IMG/VR virus record: IMGVR_UViG_3300009508_000011
Span: 124,001 to 188,000 of that record
Reading direction: 5' to 3' (one strand)
DNA length: 64,000 nucleotides
The position numbers and the translations under genes were made by a program. Below the pieces are notes generated by a model, which saw nothing but the letters and a program-made list of their open reading frames with translations, had not been told where the DNA came from and did not search any database. Each line of letters starts with the position of its first letter. The stretch's first letter is position 1. Shown here one piece after another: positions 50,450 through 59,712 of the stretch.

Positions 50450-50919
50450 TAACTTATTCCTTTTATAAAATTAACTACCACGTTACCAAGGGTAACCGCA
50501 ACCACAACCGATAGGAGTAATATAGGAACTAGGTTAGACTTCTTTTTTACTTCACCGGTATTTGGTTTAGTACCAAGACCATAAGCACTCTTAATCAGAC
50601 CTACTTCTACATCTCTACGTTCCCATCTAGCTTTATTAGCTTCTGCAAATATTTCTAAATGTCTACCCCAGCTTGTAATAACCTTTTCAAGTTCAGAGTC
50701 TTCAACCTTATACTTGTTAGGTACCTGAATGAAACATTCCATGGATGGAGTAGTTACGTGACTACCAATTCTACCACCATACGGAACGAACCAAGCTTTG
50801 ATATTCATTTCTGACACACCGCCTATTACAGCTTTGCGTTCAATTTCTTTTGCTTCCTGTATTACTTTAATGGTACCTAGAGACATGGTTAGTCCATGGT
50901 ACGATACGTCAACAATCAT
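50449..50919 (-). CDS. Hypothetical protein with C-terminal TM segment
   Basis: 156 aa ending LVPILLLSVVVAVTLGNVVV. First gene after the early promoter. Confidence 0.7.
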   Translation of the reverse strand: MIVDVSYHGLTMSLGTIKVIQEAKEIERKAVIGGVSEMNIKAWFVPYGGRIGSHVTTPSMECFIQVPNKYKVEDSELEKVITSWGRHLEIFAEANKARWERRDVEVGLIKSAYGLGTKPNTGEVKKKSNLVPILLLSVVVAVTLGNVVVNFIKGIS

Positions 50920-50952
50920 TTTAACTATCCTTTTAATTTAGTTACTTAAATA

Positions 50953-50974
50953 CATTAGAATAATATATGCGTGA
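50953..50974 (-). promoter_or_regulatory. Putative early promoter
   Basis: TCACGCATATATTATTCTAATG on the minus strand. Confidence 0.65.
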
Positions 50975-51018
50975 AAAAAGATGGAGCTTACGCCCCATCT
51001 AATTAGTTGGTTATGTAT

Positions 51019-51543
51019 TTATTGTTGTGCAGCTAGTGCTGCATCATCTTCAGCCTTACGAGCATCAGCTTTTTCCTGAGTCCATAAGTACCAGTTACTT
51101 GCTTGCATTTCCTGCCAATCAGGATACCAGCCATTAAATACTTCACCTTCTTCAGTTACTATGTCAAATAAGAATGCATTGTATTTATCAGTTACGCTAG
51201 TAGGGTATTCCGTTAAACTACCGTCTGCTATTTCCGACAATGGTGGGATTGTTTTCTTAGTTGTACCTAACTTCACATGCATGAAGTATGTTCTCCAGTT
51301 GCTGCAACCAACCTTATGTCCTTGTAACATTAAATGTAATGCTTCAGGGAAAGTTAGTTCAGTTTCAGGATTGTATTCAGAATCGAATACAGATTTAGGT
51401 ATCCAAGTAACGGAAGCATCCGCACTTGTTACTTCATAACCGTCAGCACCTTCTGCATGACCGGTCATTGAGGGATACTGTGGTGTTGCAGCTACTTGCA
51501 TAGGAACTGCGTCGACTACTTTGATGGCAACGTGTTTAGTCAT
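51019..51543 (-). CDS. Two-domain protein with C-terminal DUF2829/Tad2-like domain
   Basis: N-terminal 'K.V.A.PM...GY.V......W.PK..F...Y' module, then LTFPEAL..M..G.KV...W...GW.P....M.A..W. Confidence 0.6.
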   Translation of the reverse strand: MTKHVAIKVVDAVPMQVAATPQYPSMTGHAEGADGYEVTSADASVTWIPKSVFDSEYNPETELTFPEALHLMLQGHKVGCSNWRTYFMHVKLGTTKKTIPPLSEIADGSLTEYPTSVTDKYNAFLFDIVTEEGEVFNGWYPDWQEMQASNWYLWTQEKADARKAEDDAALAAQQ

Positions 51544-51593
51544 CAGATTGTCCTTTTGTTGTGATTAAAATTAAATTTACCGAGGAGTAAACA

Positions 51594-52580
51594 ATGCTTA
51601 CTGGTCTTAAGATGATAAGCTTAGGTATCGTGGCCGAACATAAAAAGCCTTCATCTAAGTTAGCACTTGTACACCCTGCGGAGGCATTAACCGAAATAGA
51701 TGGGGAATTACGAGCAATCCCTATCACACTATATGCCGCAGGAGTGGACGGGGAGAACCGTGAATATCAGGTTAATATCCAAGCCACTACCTCATTGGAG
51801 TGTGAATGGTTACAACTTGGTGAACATCGCATGACTGCCCCAGATATAAGAAGGGGCGAACAGGTAATTATTTGGGAAATAGAAGGCTCTACGGATGAGA
51901 AATATTATTGGAGTAGCGTTGGACGTGATTCTAACTTACGTAGATTAGAGACGATTCTATGGGCCTTCAGTAATGTATCCGACCCAGAGGAAGACGTAGA
52001 GGAATTGAACTACGATAATGCATACACCGTTGAGTTTTCGACCCATACGAAGCAGCTGACCATCCGTACTAACAAATATGATGATGAGCCATTTGCTTAC
52101 GTTATACAGTTGAATACCAAAGACGGTAACTACACGGTACAGGATGACGTAGGTAATTACATACAGCTTGATTCGGCCGAAACAACCATCGACCTTACCA
52201 ACAAGGATAAGACTCACTTTAGACTAAATAAGAAAGACATCTTTGGCTATGCTCCAGATAGCATGTACATGAAAGCTGTTAACACTATGGAGTTTAAGTG
52301 TAAGGACTTTATCCTAGAAGCAGAGAAGACTATAAGTACTAAAACTGAAACTGCGACACATGAAGCTAAGACCATGTTACATAAGGCTGATAACATAACC
52401 CTCAAAGCTACAGCAGTTAAGATAGATTCTCCCAATACGGAATGTACTGGGTTACTTAAGTGTAAGACACTGGATGCTGGCGGAGGAGCGTTAACCGCAG
52501 ATTCTGGTGGTATTAAAGCTAAGGCGGCGGCATTTGATGCAGCACCTACCGCACCTGGTGGTAAGTGGCATATGCCATAG
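51594..52580 (+). CDS. Baseplate central spike protein (OB fold plus beta-helix; phiKZ gp164-like)
   Basis: GIVAE.K, CEWL, TAPDIRRGEQV, YYW, followed by short beta repeats and a His near the C-terminus. Confidence 0.65.
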   Translation: MLTGLKMISLGIVAEHKKPSSKLALVHPAEALTEIDGELRAIPITLYAAGVDGENREYQVNIQATTSLECEWLQLGEHRMTAPDIRRGEQVIIWEIEGSTDEKYYWSSVGRDSNLRRLETILWAFSNVSDPEEDVEELNYDNAYTVEFSTHTKQLTIRTNKYDDEPFAYVIQLNTKDGNYTVQDDVGNYIQLDSAETTIDLTNKDKTHFRLNKKDIFGYAPDSMYMKAVNTMEFKCKDFILEAEKTISTKTETATHEAKTMLHKADNITLKATAVKIDSPNTECTGLLKCKTLDAGGGALTADSGGIKAKAAAFDAAPTAPGGKWHMP

Positions 52581-52621
52581 CAAAAAAAAATAGGAGGGCA
52601 TTAAGCCCTCCGTTTTTGACG

Positions 52622-52966
52622 CTAACCTATCTCAGCATGTTCCATATCTGAACGTGTGATTTGGTAACGTAGTTTATTTTCACGCGATGGGTATAACCCA
52701 TGGTTTAACAACAGTTGAAACCAATCGGTGTGTTTTGATTCCCCTTCCAAATTAACCACTATCGCCACCGTACCTAATTCCTTAGCTATGGTAAAGATGC
52801 GACCGAAGTAATATTGAAAGCGCATGAAGAGGTCATCGGTACGTTTCATGTTTACAGTAATGACGCCTTCAATAGACCCGTCTACGATAAACCCCTCATT
52901 AATAGATTCTTGATTAAGCGCACCATTCTCAATTAGTTGAGATTGTAATTCTGTTTTCTCTGGCAT
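52622..52966 (-). CDS. Hypothetical protein
   Basis: 114 aa in a minus-strand early cluster. Confidence 0.6.
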   Translation of the reverse strand: MPEKTELQSQLIENGALNQESINEGFIVDGSIEGVITVNMKRTDDLFMRFQYYFGRIFTIAKELGTVAIVVNLEGESKHTDWFQLLLNHGLYPSRENKLRYQITRSDMEHAEIG

Positions 52967-52979
52967 TTGTAACTACCTT

Positions 52980-53273
52980 TTAATTATTATAGTCTTCGTT
53001 TAATTCAGCAAGTATAGTATCAATTGTATCAACCAACTCAATGTCTGTATCTTGAGCTTTCCACAAACGGTAACGTATGTGGGTGTCAGAGTAACCTCTG
53101 TTCTCAAACTCTGCATATAGCAAAGGGTGAAGAAGTTTAACTGCTGACTTAACTGATACATCAAAGAAGGCACCGTCTGCTTCAGGGATACCGTTAGTTG
53201 ACTGCTCCCACGATTGGGTGGTTACAAATTGTTCTATTACTGGATTTAACTCGACGTTATTTACTAGGGACAT
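52980..53273 (-). CDS. Hypothetical protein
   Basis: 97 aa. Confidence 0.6.
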   Translation of the reverse strand: MSLVNNVELNPVIEQFVTTQSWEQSTNGIPEADGAFFDVSVKSAVKLLHPLLYAEFENRGYSDTHIRYRLWKAQDTDIELVDTIDTILAELNEDYNN

Positions 53274-53319
53274 ATTTTCTCTTCCTGTTGTTTAGAGATT
53301 GTTATTATTAAATAATGGT

Positions 53320-53673
53320 CTAGGCTACTAACTTAGACCAGTTGTTTTTGTAACTCCACACCGGAGTCTTTAGTACAGGCATTTCGGACACATCACCAAA
53401 CTCTTGGTCATTGATAATCTCCTTAACCACCTTAAGTACACTCATGGTCTTATCAGTACAATTAAAGTCACCGATAATTTTCTCACGAGTATCTGGAATT
53501 ATTACTAAGTCATCGATGTCTTCTACTGACACCTGTTGACCCTCACCTAACATGGTGTAGACATAGTAACAAATATTATCGTTATCACCTACAGACATAC
53601 GCTGTTCGATGTATACCTTAGGAGCAAACTTCTTTTCCTTCATGTAGCTTACTATACAGCTCTTGCTATACAT
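53320..53673 (-). CDS. Hypothetical protein
   Basis: 117 aa. Confidence 0.6.
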   Translation of the reverse strand: MYSKSCIVSYMKEKKFAPKVYIEQRMSVGDNDNICYYVYTMLGEGQQVSVEDIDDLVIIPDTREKIIGDFNCTDKTMSVLKVVKEIINDQEFGDVSEMPVLKTPVWSYKNNWSKLVA

Positions 53674-53730
53674 ACTCTTTTCCTTTAATTTAAGAGAACG
53701 GGCGTGGTAGCATATGCTACCACTATTAAA

Positions 53731-54162
53731 CTACAACCATACGTTGGAGTTTACCTTACCCGGTGTTGTATGCCATTCTGTTGCTAGACAGGCATAGAGT
53801 TTAGTATTGACGTCTTCTGTAGTGGATGCTTTAGATAAGATATCAAACTTATCAATTATATCCATAGCCAGCGACGACATAATGGTTTTGAAAGTACGTA
53901 GGAAATCCATAATACTAACAGCAGATAAAGTAGGTTTCTTATCAACCACGAAATGGAACTCGTTATCACGTAAACATATCTGCAATGCATCGATAGTCAT
54001 GTGAGGTCGGTTTACCAATTCTAGGTTATCAAATCCACCTAACTTTAAAAGTGTATCGTTACACACTAAAGTGGCAACGTGTAGAACACCATTAAGTTCT
54101 TTACACTGTAGTACTACCCTGCCTTGTGGTACAGGTACATTTACTCTGATTAACTTTTCCAT
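53731..54162 (-). CDS. Hypothetical protein
   Basis: 143 aa with GGAG RBS. Confidence 0.6.
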   Translation of the reverse strand: MEKLIRVNVPVPQGRVVLQCKELNGVLHVATLVCNDTLLKLGGFDNLELVNRPHMTIDALQICLRDNEFHFVVDKKPTLSAVSIMDFLRTFKTIMSSLAMDIIDKFDILSKASTTEDVNTKLYACLATEWHTTPGKVNSNVWL

Positions 54163-54172
54163 GAGTATACTC

Positions 54173-54493
54173 CTAGTGTGACATTAAGTCATCTACCATT
54201 TCAGCAAGTTTATATTTATCAGTACCAATGCTCTCAGCACTACCTTCATAGACTACTGGAACCATGGTAGTAGTATCTACTGCCAACAGAGTCTTTGTTT
54301 TTGCTATTGTAGAAATACCATTAGCAATAGTATTCTTAACAGCTTCAACAACCTTGATTTCCAAGTAACCGTCTTCAAGGTTAATGATACAATAACGATG
54401 AGTAGTGCTCTTACGTACTAAGTCACGGATTGTATTTTGAAACGATTGGAAAGGTGTTAATACTTTATCTTCTGTACATTTATAAGTTGTCAT
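54173..54493 (-). CDS. Hypothetical protein
   Basis: 106 aa. First gene after the early promoter. Confidence 0.6.
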   Translation of the reverse strand: MTTYKCTEDKVLTPFQSFQNTIRDLVRKSTTHRYCIINLEDGYLEIKVVEAVKNTIANGISTIAKTKTLLAVDTTTMVPVVYEGSAESIGTDKYKLAEMVDDLMSH

Positions 54494-54553
54494 GATTCTC
54501 TTCCTTTTATTTAGAGATAGATTATATAACTACAATTGTTTAAGTAGCTACTT

Positions 54554-54571
54554 CACTAATGTAATATGTAT
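54554..54571 (-). promoter_or_regulatory. Putative early promoter
   Basis: ATACATATTACATTAGTG on the minus strand, containing CATATTAC (phiKZ early motif is TATATTAC). Confidence 0.55.
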
Positions 54572-54596
54572 CTATCGTTTTTTGGAAACGACATAA

Positions 54597-54618
54597 ATGG
54601 GAGTCTTTCGACTCCCAT
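54597..54618. terminator. Terminator hairpin
   Basis: ATGGGAGTC-TTTC-GACTCCCAT flanked on both sides by TTATG(T)YGT motifs. Confidence 0.7.
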
Positions 54619-54631
54619 GGTTTATGTTGTC

Positions 54632-55885
54632 TTAGAAGTTATCAGGTAGTACATGGTACTGTACCATCTTAACCTTATCCATGGTAAAACCTTTACCACC
54701 CACATAACTACCTTGTGTCCCGTATTGAGTCTTACCACCTAACCTAGTATCGAAGGAGTCAGGATAGTGTCCCATCAATGGTAGATTGAACATGGTGTAC
54801 TCTTCCCTAGCTATGTCGTAACTACAACGGTCTCTAGACTTCTTATAGGAAAATGTTTCCCCGTCCCCAGTAAATGCAACCCCAGTTAAGTCGTGAGGGT
54901 ATTCATAAACCCCAGGTAGACCTTTACTGATTAACGGTGTTATTGACTTGGTGATGTCTGGACGATTGAAAACCATCAAGAAGGTAAACATAGATGAAAC
55001 TATATCTTCAATCCATTCATTGGACGTAACATCACTCTCAGATACTAACTCCTTATTACGGACAGTAGTTAACCAAGGTGTCTTACCTTTGATTTTTATT
55101 GCCCTGTCCAATAATGGAACCTTTCTCCAATCTACCTTAATTTGCGTCTTACCAACTATTTCGATTACACCATCAAGCAAGTGTAGGTACCCATCCAATA
55201 CCACTCCGAATACTTTATCGGTTACGTCATATCCAAGGTCAAAGCAACAATTATCGTACCACTTAACACTACCCTTATCCATTTTGTACATCTTAGACCT
55301 AGGGAGTCTCTCTACTACATAACCACCAATGTTCTCAAAATTTATTAAGTTAATGTCCTTGATGGTTGAGCCGTGTAAGGCATCGTATCCACCTTTAGCA
55401 TACATACCAAAATCGTTAAGTATCAAAGGGTGTATTACACCGTTTATTGATACCAGTACCTTACCTACTAATAGGCTGTAGTCAGTATTATCGCGAGATA
55501 GCCGTAAGTCCTTACCTAAACTATTGGCATCTGAGGCAGGATTAATATACGCATTGGAACGCTCTGCATTAAAACCAACATCAAATGCACTGTAACTATC
55601 TATTCGTTTTAAACCTGTAAAAGTAAATGGTGTACTAGTAACATCTAACCGTATGTCATTATCATTACAATGACTAATCCATTCCAGTAGGGTGTATGAA
55701 GTTCTATACATGTCTGCATAGAACTCTGAAGTCATAGGTCGCCAGTTAACGAGAGAACCGTCGTTGTCTAAAGTAATGTGTACTTCCTCAAACCCTGTGA
55801 GGACCTCTGACATCTTTTTACTGGCTAAGTCTACCTCAAGCCATTCTCGTTTACTTCTAGCATACGAGGCTGTTATTAAATACAT
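54632..55885 (-). CDS. Virion (baseplate/tail) structural protein, conserved in phiKZ-like phages
   Basis: 417 aa with LVSING..H and LVLDGYLH motifs, adjacent to tail-fibre genes. Confidence 0.55.
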   Translation of the reverse strand: MYLITASYARSKREWLEVDLASKKMSEVLTGFEEVHITLDNDGSLVNWRPMTSEFYADMYRTSYTLLEWISHCNDNDIRLDVTSTPFTFTGLKRIDSYSAFDVGFNAERSNAYINPASDANSLGKDLRLSRDNTDYSLLVGKVLVSINGVIHPLILNDFGMYAKGGYDALHGSTIKDINLINFENIGGYVVERLPRSKMYKMDKGSVKWYDNCCFDLGYDVTDKVFGVVLDGYLHLLDGVIEIVGKTQIKVDWRKVPLLDRAIKIKGKTPWLTTVRNKELVSESDVTSNEWIEDIVSSMFTFLMVFNRPDITKSITPLISKGLPGVYEYPHDLTGVAFTGDGETFSYKKSRDRCSYDIAREEYTMFNLPLMGHYPDSFDTRLGGKTQYGTQGSYVGGKGFTMDKVKMVQYHVLPDNF

Positions 55886-56031
55886 CTGATTTCCCCTCAG
55901 AAAGTTGAATAAGTGCTAACATAAAAAAACCCATTTTTACTATTTAATCTGTTAATGAGAGAAATAGTATGTTGGGGCAGTTAAGGCCTTAGCTGTCTCT
56001 AATGTAACCGAATTCGCTAAAGGAGTTCATT

Positions 56032-57564
56032 TTGACTAGTCAATACCAATACCCATACGACCCGACAGGCACTGCGCCCGAAAATGTCGTTACGGATTTA
56101 CCACATCCGCTTACCCCGGTACAGGGTAAGGGTTACTCTCTAATCGTTCCTAAAGCTGGTCCATTCTTTAAGAAAGATTTCAAACTTGTACATAAATCAA
56201 GTGGTAAGATACTTACTCCAGACGTGGATTATGTTTTCACTCACTTGGTCATGGATTTATCACATGCTTTACAGCTCCACATATATGGCTCTGTGACAGT
56301 GGTAAACCAAAGAATTATGGGCGACGTCGTTCCAGTATACCGCACCATTGGTGGAGAGTATGTACTGGAAGAAGATAAATTCGCACAGTATGCAATCCAC
56401 CTTTTGGAAAGTGATGGTGCATATCCGTGGGATAAGTTAACAGATATACCTGGTGAGTTTCCACCAGACCGTCATGAGGTACCTTTGGGTACTACTGGCG
56501 GTCACGATGAACTGATAGCGGCTATTCGTCAAATCAGTCTTGGTGGCGACCACATGCATGATATCTCTAACATTCGTCACTTGGATGACAGACTAAGTAA
56601 TAAGTTGGATAGTAACGGTAGTTATAAAATCCTAACCGATGCTAAGTTACATATTCAAGGTATCTTTACTGGTAGCGTTCAGTGTCGTTTACCTAAGGTT
56701 AAAACACGCTGTTTGATAAAGGCAAAGATTCAAATTACTGAAGGTAACGAGGTAAGTACACTAGAAGTTTCCGGTAGCATAAAGGCATACAACGATGGGG
56801 TCATCCCAGAGAAGTGGAGTAATATTAAAATTACCCCAGCCTATAGCTGTTGGGATGGTGATGTATTCATCACTTACGATAGTGAGCACTACCCTGTTAT
56901 TATCTTAGGTAAGGACAAAGACTGGAACGATGCCCATATCTCAATCATCGAATACTTCACGGTTAACCCTGAAGAGATAGAAGGTGAGATTAATCCTTTC
57001 CGTGTTAGCATGGCCTCTTCATTAGCTGGGTTACAATATACCAACACTAATGACGAAGGACTTATACTACTACCTGCTACTACAGAAGGTGAGTTATCAA
57101 ATGTTATCAATCGTCGTTACTTTGGAGTTATGCCTGAGGGTCTTTACCATGGCTTTAGTATAACCCAGACAGCAGTTGATAAGATTAGAGTTGGTATTAA
57201 TACCGAAAGACACTCTGCTGTTATTTACGATGGTCAGGAAGCGGCTACTATTGTCCTAGACAAAGATGCTCAAATCTTAACCGTTAGTGAACCACAGTAC
57301 AGTGCTATCGTGTTGGAACTTGTTCCTGTCGGCGAGGTAGGTGACCCTAGAATCATGGTTGATTTACCAGATAGAGAAGCACAGATTCGTCTTGTCCATA
57401 CCAACTCTGTTACCGATAACATGTTAATTATTGGTGAAATTAACTGGCCTGCCAACGAAGCAGAGTTAACCACTGCCCACTTGTCTTACGATAATCGTCA
57501 GAATGCTCAATGGAACGCTGGCACAATACTACCTATAACATCAGAAGTTGTATTCCAAGGCTAA
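56032..57564 (+). CDS. Tail fibre/baseplate-attached protein (phiKZ gp131-family N-terminus)
   Basis: YPYDPTG..P.N....H.L......IVP..GPFF and W..L...P.EFPP..H. TTG start after AAGGAG. Confidence 0.7.
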   Translation: MTSQYQYPYDPTGTAPENVVTDLPHPLTPVQGKGYSLIVPKAGPFFKKDFKLVHKSSGKILTPDVDYVFTHLVMDLSHALQLHIYGSVTVVNQRIMGDVVPVYRTIGGEYVLEEDKFAQYAIHLLESDGAYPWDKLTDIPGEFPPDRHEVPLGTTGGHDELIAAIRQISLGGDHMHDISNIRHLDDRLSNKLDSNGSYKILTDAKLHIQGIFTGSVQCRLPKVKTRCLIKAKIQITEGNEVSTLEVSGSIKAYNDGVIPEKWSNIKITPAYSCWDGDVFITYDSEHYPVIILGKDKDWNDAHISIIEYFTVNPEEIEGEINPFRVSMASSLAGLQYTNTNDEGLILLPATTEGELSNVINRRYFGVMPEGLYHGFSITQTAVDKIRVGINTERHSAVIYDGQEAATIVLDKDAQILTVSEPQYSAIVLELVPVGEVGDPRIMVDLPDREAQIRLVHTNSVTDNMLIIGEINWPANEAELTTAHLSYDNRQNAQWNAGTILPITSEVVFQG

Positions 57565-57582
57565 ATACATTAAGTGGTTTTT

Positions 57583-57690
57583 ACGCCTACTCTTATGTAG
57601 GGCGTCGTTGAGGGTTTATTGAAAAGCGTCCTATGTTCTTCGCTAGTGAGGAACTTCAATTGGGACTAGCAGGCCAACAACCCTCTCAAC
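57583..57690 (+). promoter_or_regulatory. Structured intergenic leader upstream of the fibre gene
   Basis: Nested stems with G-U pairs on + (see findings). Confidence 0.35.
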
Positions 57691-57723
57691 TATTTATTCC
57701 GGTAAACCTTAAGGAACCAAAAA

Positions 57724-58812
57724 ATGACAGTACAAATTCGCGTGAAAACTGGTTTGGAAGCTAACCGTCTGGCATATACGCCTGCATTAGGTGAACTTCT
57801 TGTAACCACAGATACTCGCAAAATCTACGCTGGTGACGGCGCTACCGCTGGTGGTGTTGGAATCGGTGCAAGCTGTGAGTTAGTTGCAGACCAAACAGCC
57901 ATGCTTGCTTCTAAAGCAATGCCAGGTGATTTGGTATTCCGTTCTGACCTTGGTCATGTGTTCGTATTGGCTGGTGCCGATGCTACAGTTCTTGCCAACT
58001 GGATTGACACAGACCTTACTACTGCGTCTGACGTCGGTCTTGGTAATGTTCAAAACTTCGGAATCAGCGATTCAGTTGACGAAGACGTTTCTGGTCAATA
58101 CGCAAGTTCTAAAGCAGTTTACACTGCTAACCAACGTGCTATCTCAGCAGAAAACAATGCTGTTGCATATGCTGACCAAGTTAAAGCTGACTTGTTAGGT
58201 GGAGCACCTGATGCTGCACTTGATACTCTTCTTGAGCTAGGTGCTGCCATCACTGATAACGACAGTGAAATTGCTGGTATCGTTTCTGCAATAGCAACTA
58301 AGTTGGATATCACTACGTTCGATGCATTTACTGCACGTACAGATAACCCACATGCTGTTACTAAAACTCAAGTTGGTTTAGGTAACGTAGAAAACTACGG
58401 CATCACTGATTTGGTAACTGAAGATGTTTCAACTCTTTACGCATCTGCTAAAGCTGTTAAAACTGCATACGACATGGCCGCTCTTGCTCGTTCTGAATCT
58501 TTGGATTCTCAACAGTTAGAAGGTAAGTCTCTTGCTGAAGTTATCTCATTGGCACAAACTGGTCTTGCTACCGATACTAACTTACAAGCTCACATTACGG
58601 ATACTGCTAACCCGCACAACGTAACTAAAGCACAAGTTGGTTTAGGTAAAGTTGAAAACAAAACAGTTGCTGAAATCTTAGCATCTGATGCAGTAACTTT
58701 AGCTTCTACTGATGCGTCAGAAAGCATTGCTACTACTAACTTTGTTCAAAACAAATTAGTTGACGACAAATACCTTAAAGACGGTGATGTTCTTGACGGC
58801 GGTAGCTTCTAA
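57724..58812 (+). CDS. Tail fibre protein with Mtd_N-like N-terminus and 'NPH.VTK.QVGLG.V.N' repeats
   Basis: GELLVTTDT.K.Y.GDG, three VGLG.V.N units, duplicated EDVS..YAS.KAV segment, terminal LDGGSF. Confidence 0.75.
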   Translation: MTVQIRVKTGLEANRLAYTPALGELLVTTDTRKIYAGDGATAGGVGIGASCELVADQTAMLASKAMPGDLVFRSDLGHVFVLAGADATVLANWIDTDLTTASDVGLGNVQNFGISDSVDEDVSGQYASSKAVYTANQRAISAENNAVAYADQVKADLLGGAPDAALDTLLELGAAITDNDSEIAGIVSAIATKLDITTFDAFTARTDNPHAVTKTQVGLGNVENYGITDLVTEDVSTLYASAKAVKTAYDMAALARSESLDSQQLEGKSLAEVISLAQTGLATDTNLQAHITDTANPHNVTKAQVGLGKVENKTVAEILASDAVTLASTDASESIATTNFVQNKLVDDKYLKDGDVLDGGSF

Positions 58813-58840
58813 GACTAACCCCTTAGACAGTTAAACTGAA

Positions 58841-58864
58841 AAGGCGGGTAATTCCGCCTTTTTT
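58841..58864 (+). terminator. Intrinsic terminator
   Basis: AAGGCGG-GTAATT-CCGCCTT followed by TTTT. Confidence 0.75.
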
Positions 58865-58918
58865 GCCGTACATGCGGACATAGTGGAGAGGGATAGACCC
58901 TCTCCAAAAATATGACGT

Positions 58919-59539
58919 TTAAAGTTCCAACGTATCTAGAATGGTGCAAATCTTCTTAGTCCACGTTTCATTCTTATCGGCACCAATGACTAATAACTCA
59001 TCTGGTTTAAACCAACCGTACCAATATAGCTCATCTTCCACTGGGTTAGGCATTAGGTCTTCTTGGTCTAGATGTACCACGGTAACCAATGCAACATATT
59101 GTCTATCGGTAATGGTTTCATCAGCGGCTATTGCATATTCTAGAGTTTCAGATTTAATAATCTCTACATCATCACCAATTACTACTTCTTCTTCAATTTC
59201 ACGTGAAGATGCTTTTAAGATAGCTGCCTCTATATCTATAATAGAATTGTTGTGTTGTAGGTCGCGTAGCTCAAAGTGTCCACCTACACCTAACGTTATC
59301 TTACCGCGCAATGCTTCGTGTTGATGGTCGTCCCTTCTCATAAAGGCTGCCACCTTACCATGACAAACAAAAATTGTAAGGGGCATAAGTTTACGATAGT
59401 TAAAATCGTTTAGTAAAGACGCTCTACGTTTTAAAACGATATGGTCGGAAAGTTTACTTGGTAACCTAACAATGCCATCTGTTCTTTCAGTAACTATTGA
59501 TGCGGGAATAGCTACTATGTGTTCTTGATATTCTATCAT
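58919..59539 (-). CDS. NUDIX-superfamily hydrolase
   Basis: TLGVGGH.E...REIEEE Nudix box variant. Confidence 0.75.
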   Translation of the reverse strand: MIEYQEHIVAIPASIVTERTDGIVRLPSKLSDHIVLKRRASLLNDFNYRKLMPLTIFVCHGKVAAFMRRDDHQHEALRGKITLGVGGHFELRDLQHNNSIIDIEAAILKASSREIEEEVVIGDDVEIIKSETLEYAIAADETITDRQYVALVTVVHLDQEDLMPNPVEDELYWYGWFKPDELLVIGADKNETWTKKICTILDTLEL

Positions 59540-59712
59540 TGATATTTCTTCCGTCTGTTAATATAGTCAAAACAATAATGAATCGAGTAAAAAATACCCT
59601 TGTAAGTAATAGCTAAAGATTACGGGCTATCCTATGAGTAGTGTCTCCGGAGATGCTGCTGTAGGTATAATTCGTACCCAATTTTTTCGAAAAAATAAAT
59701 GGAGAGACTCCA

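Noticed and set aside
57607-57690. Hammerhead or other self-cleaving ribozyme in the structured leader
   Set aside because: GAAA is present but the CUGANGA core is absent. Kept only as an unclassified structure.
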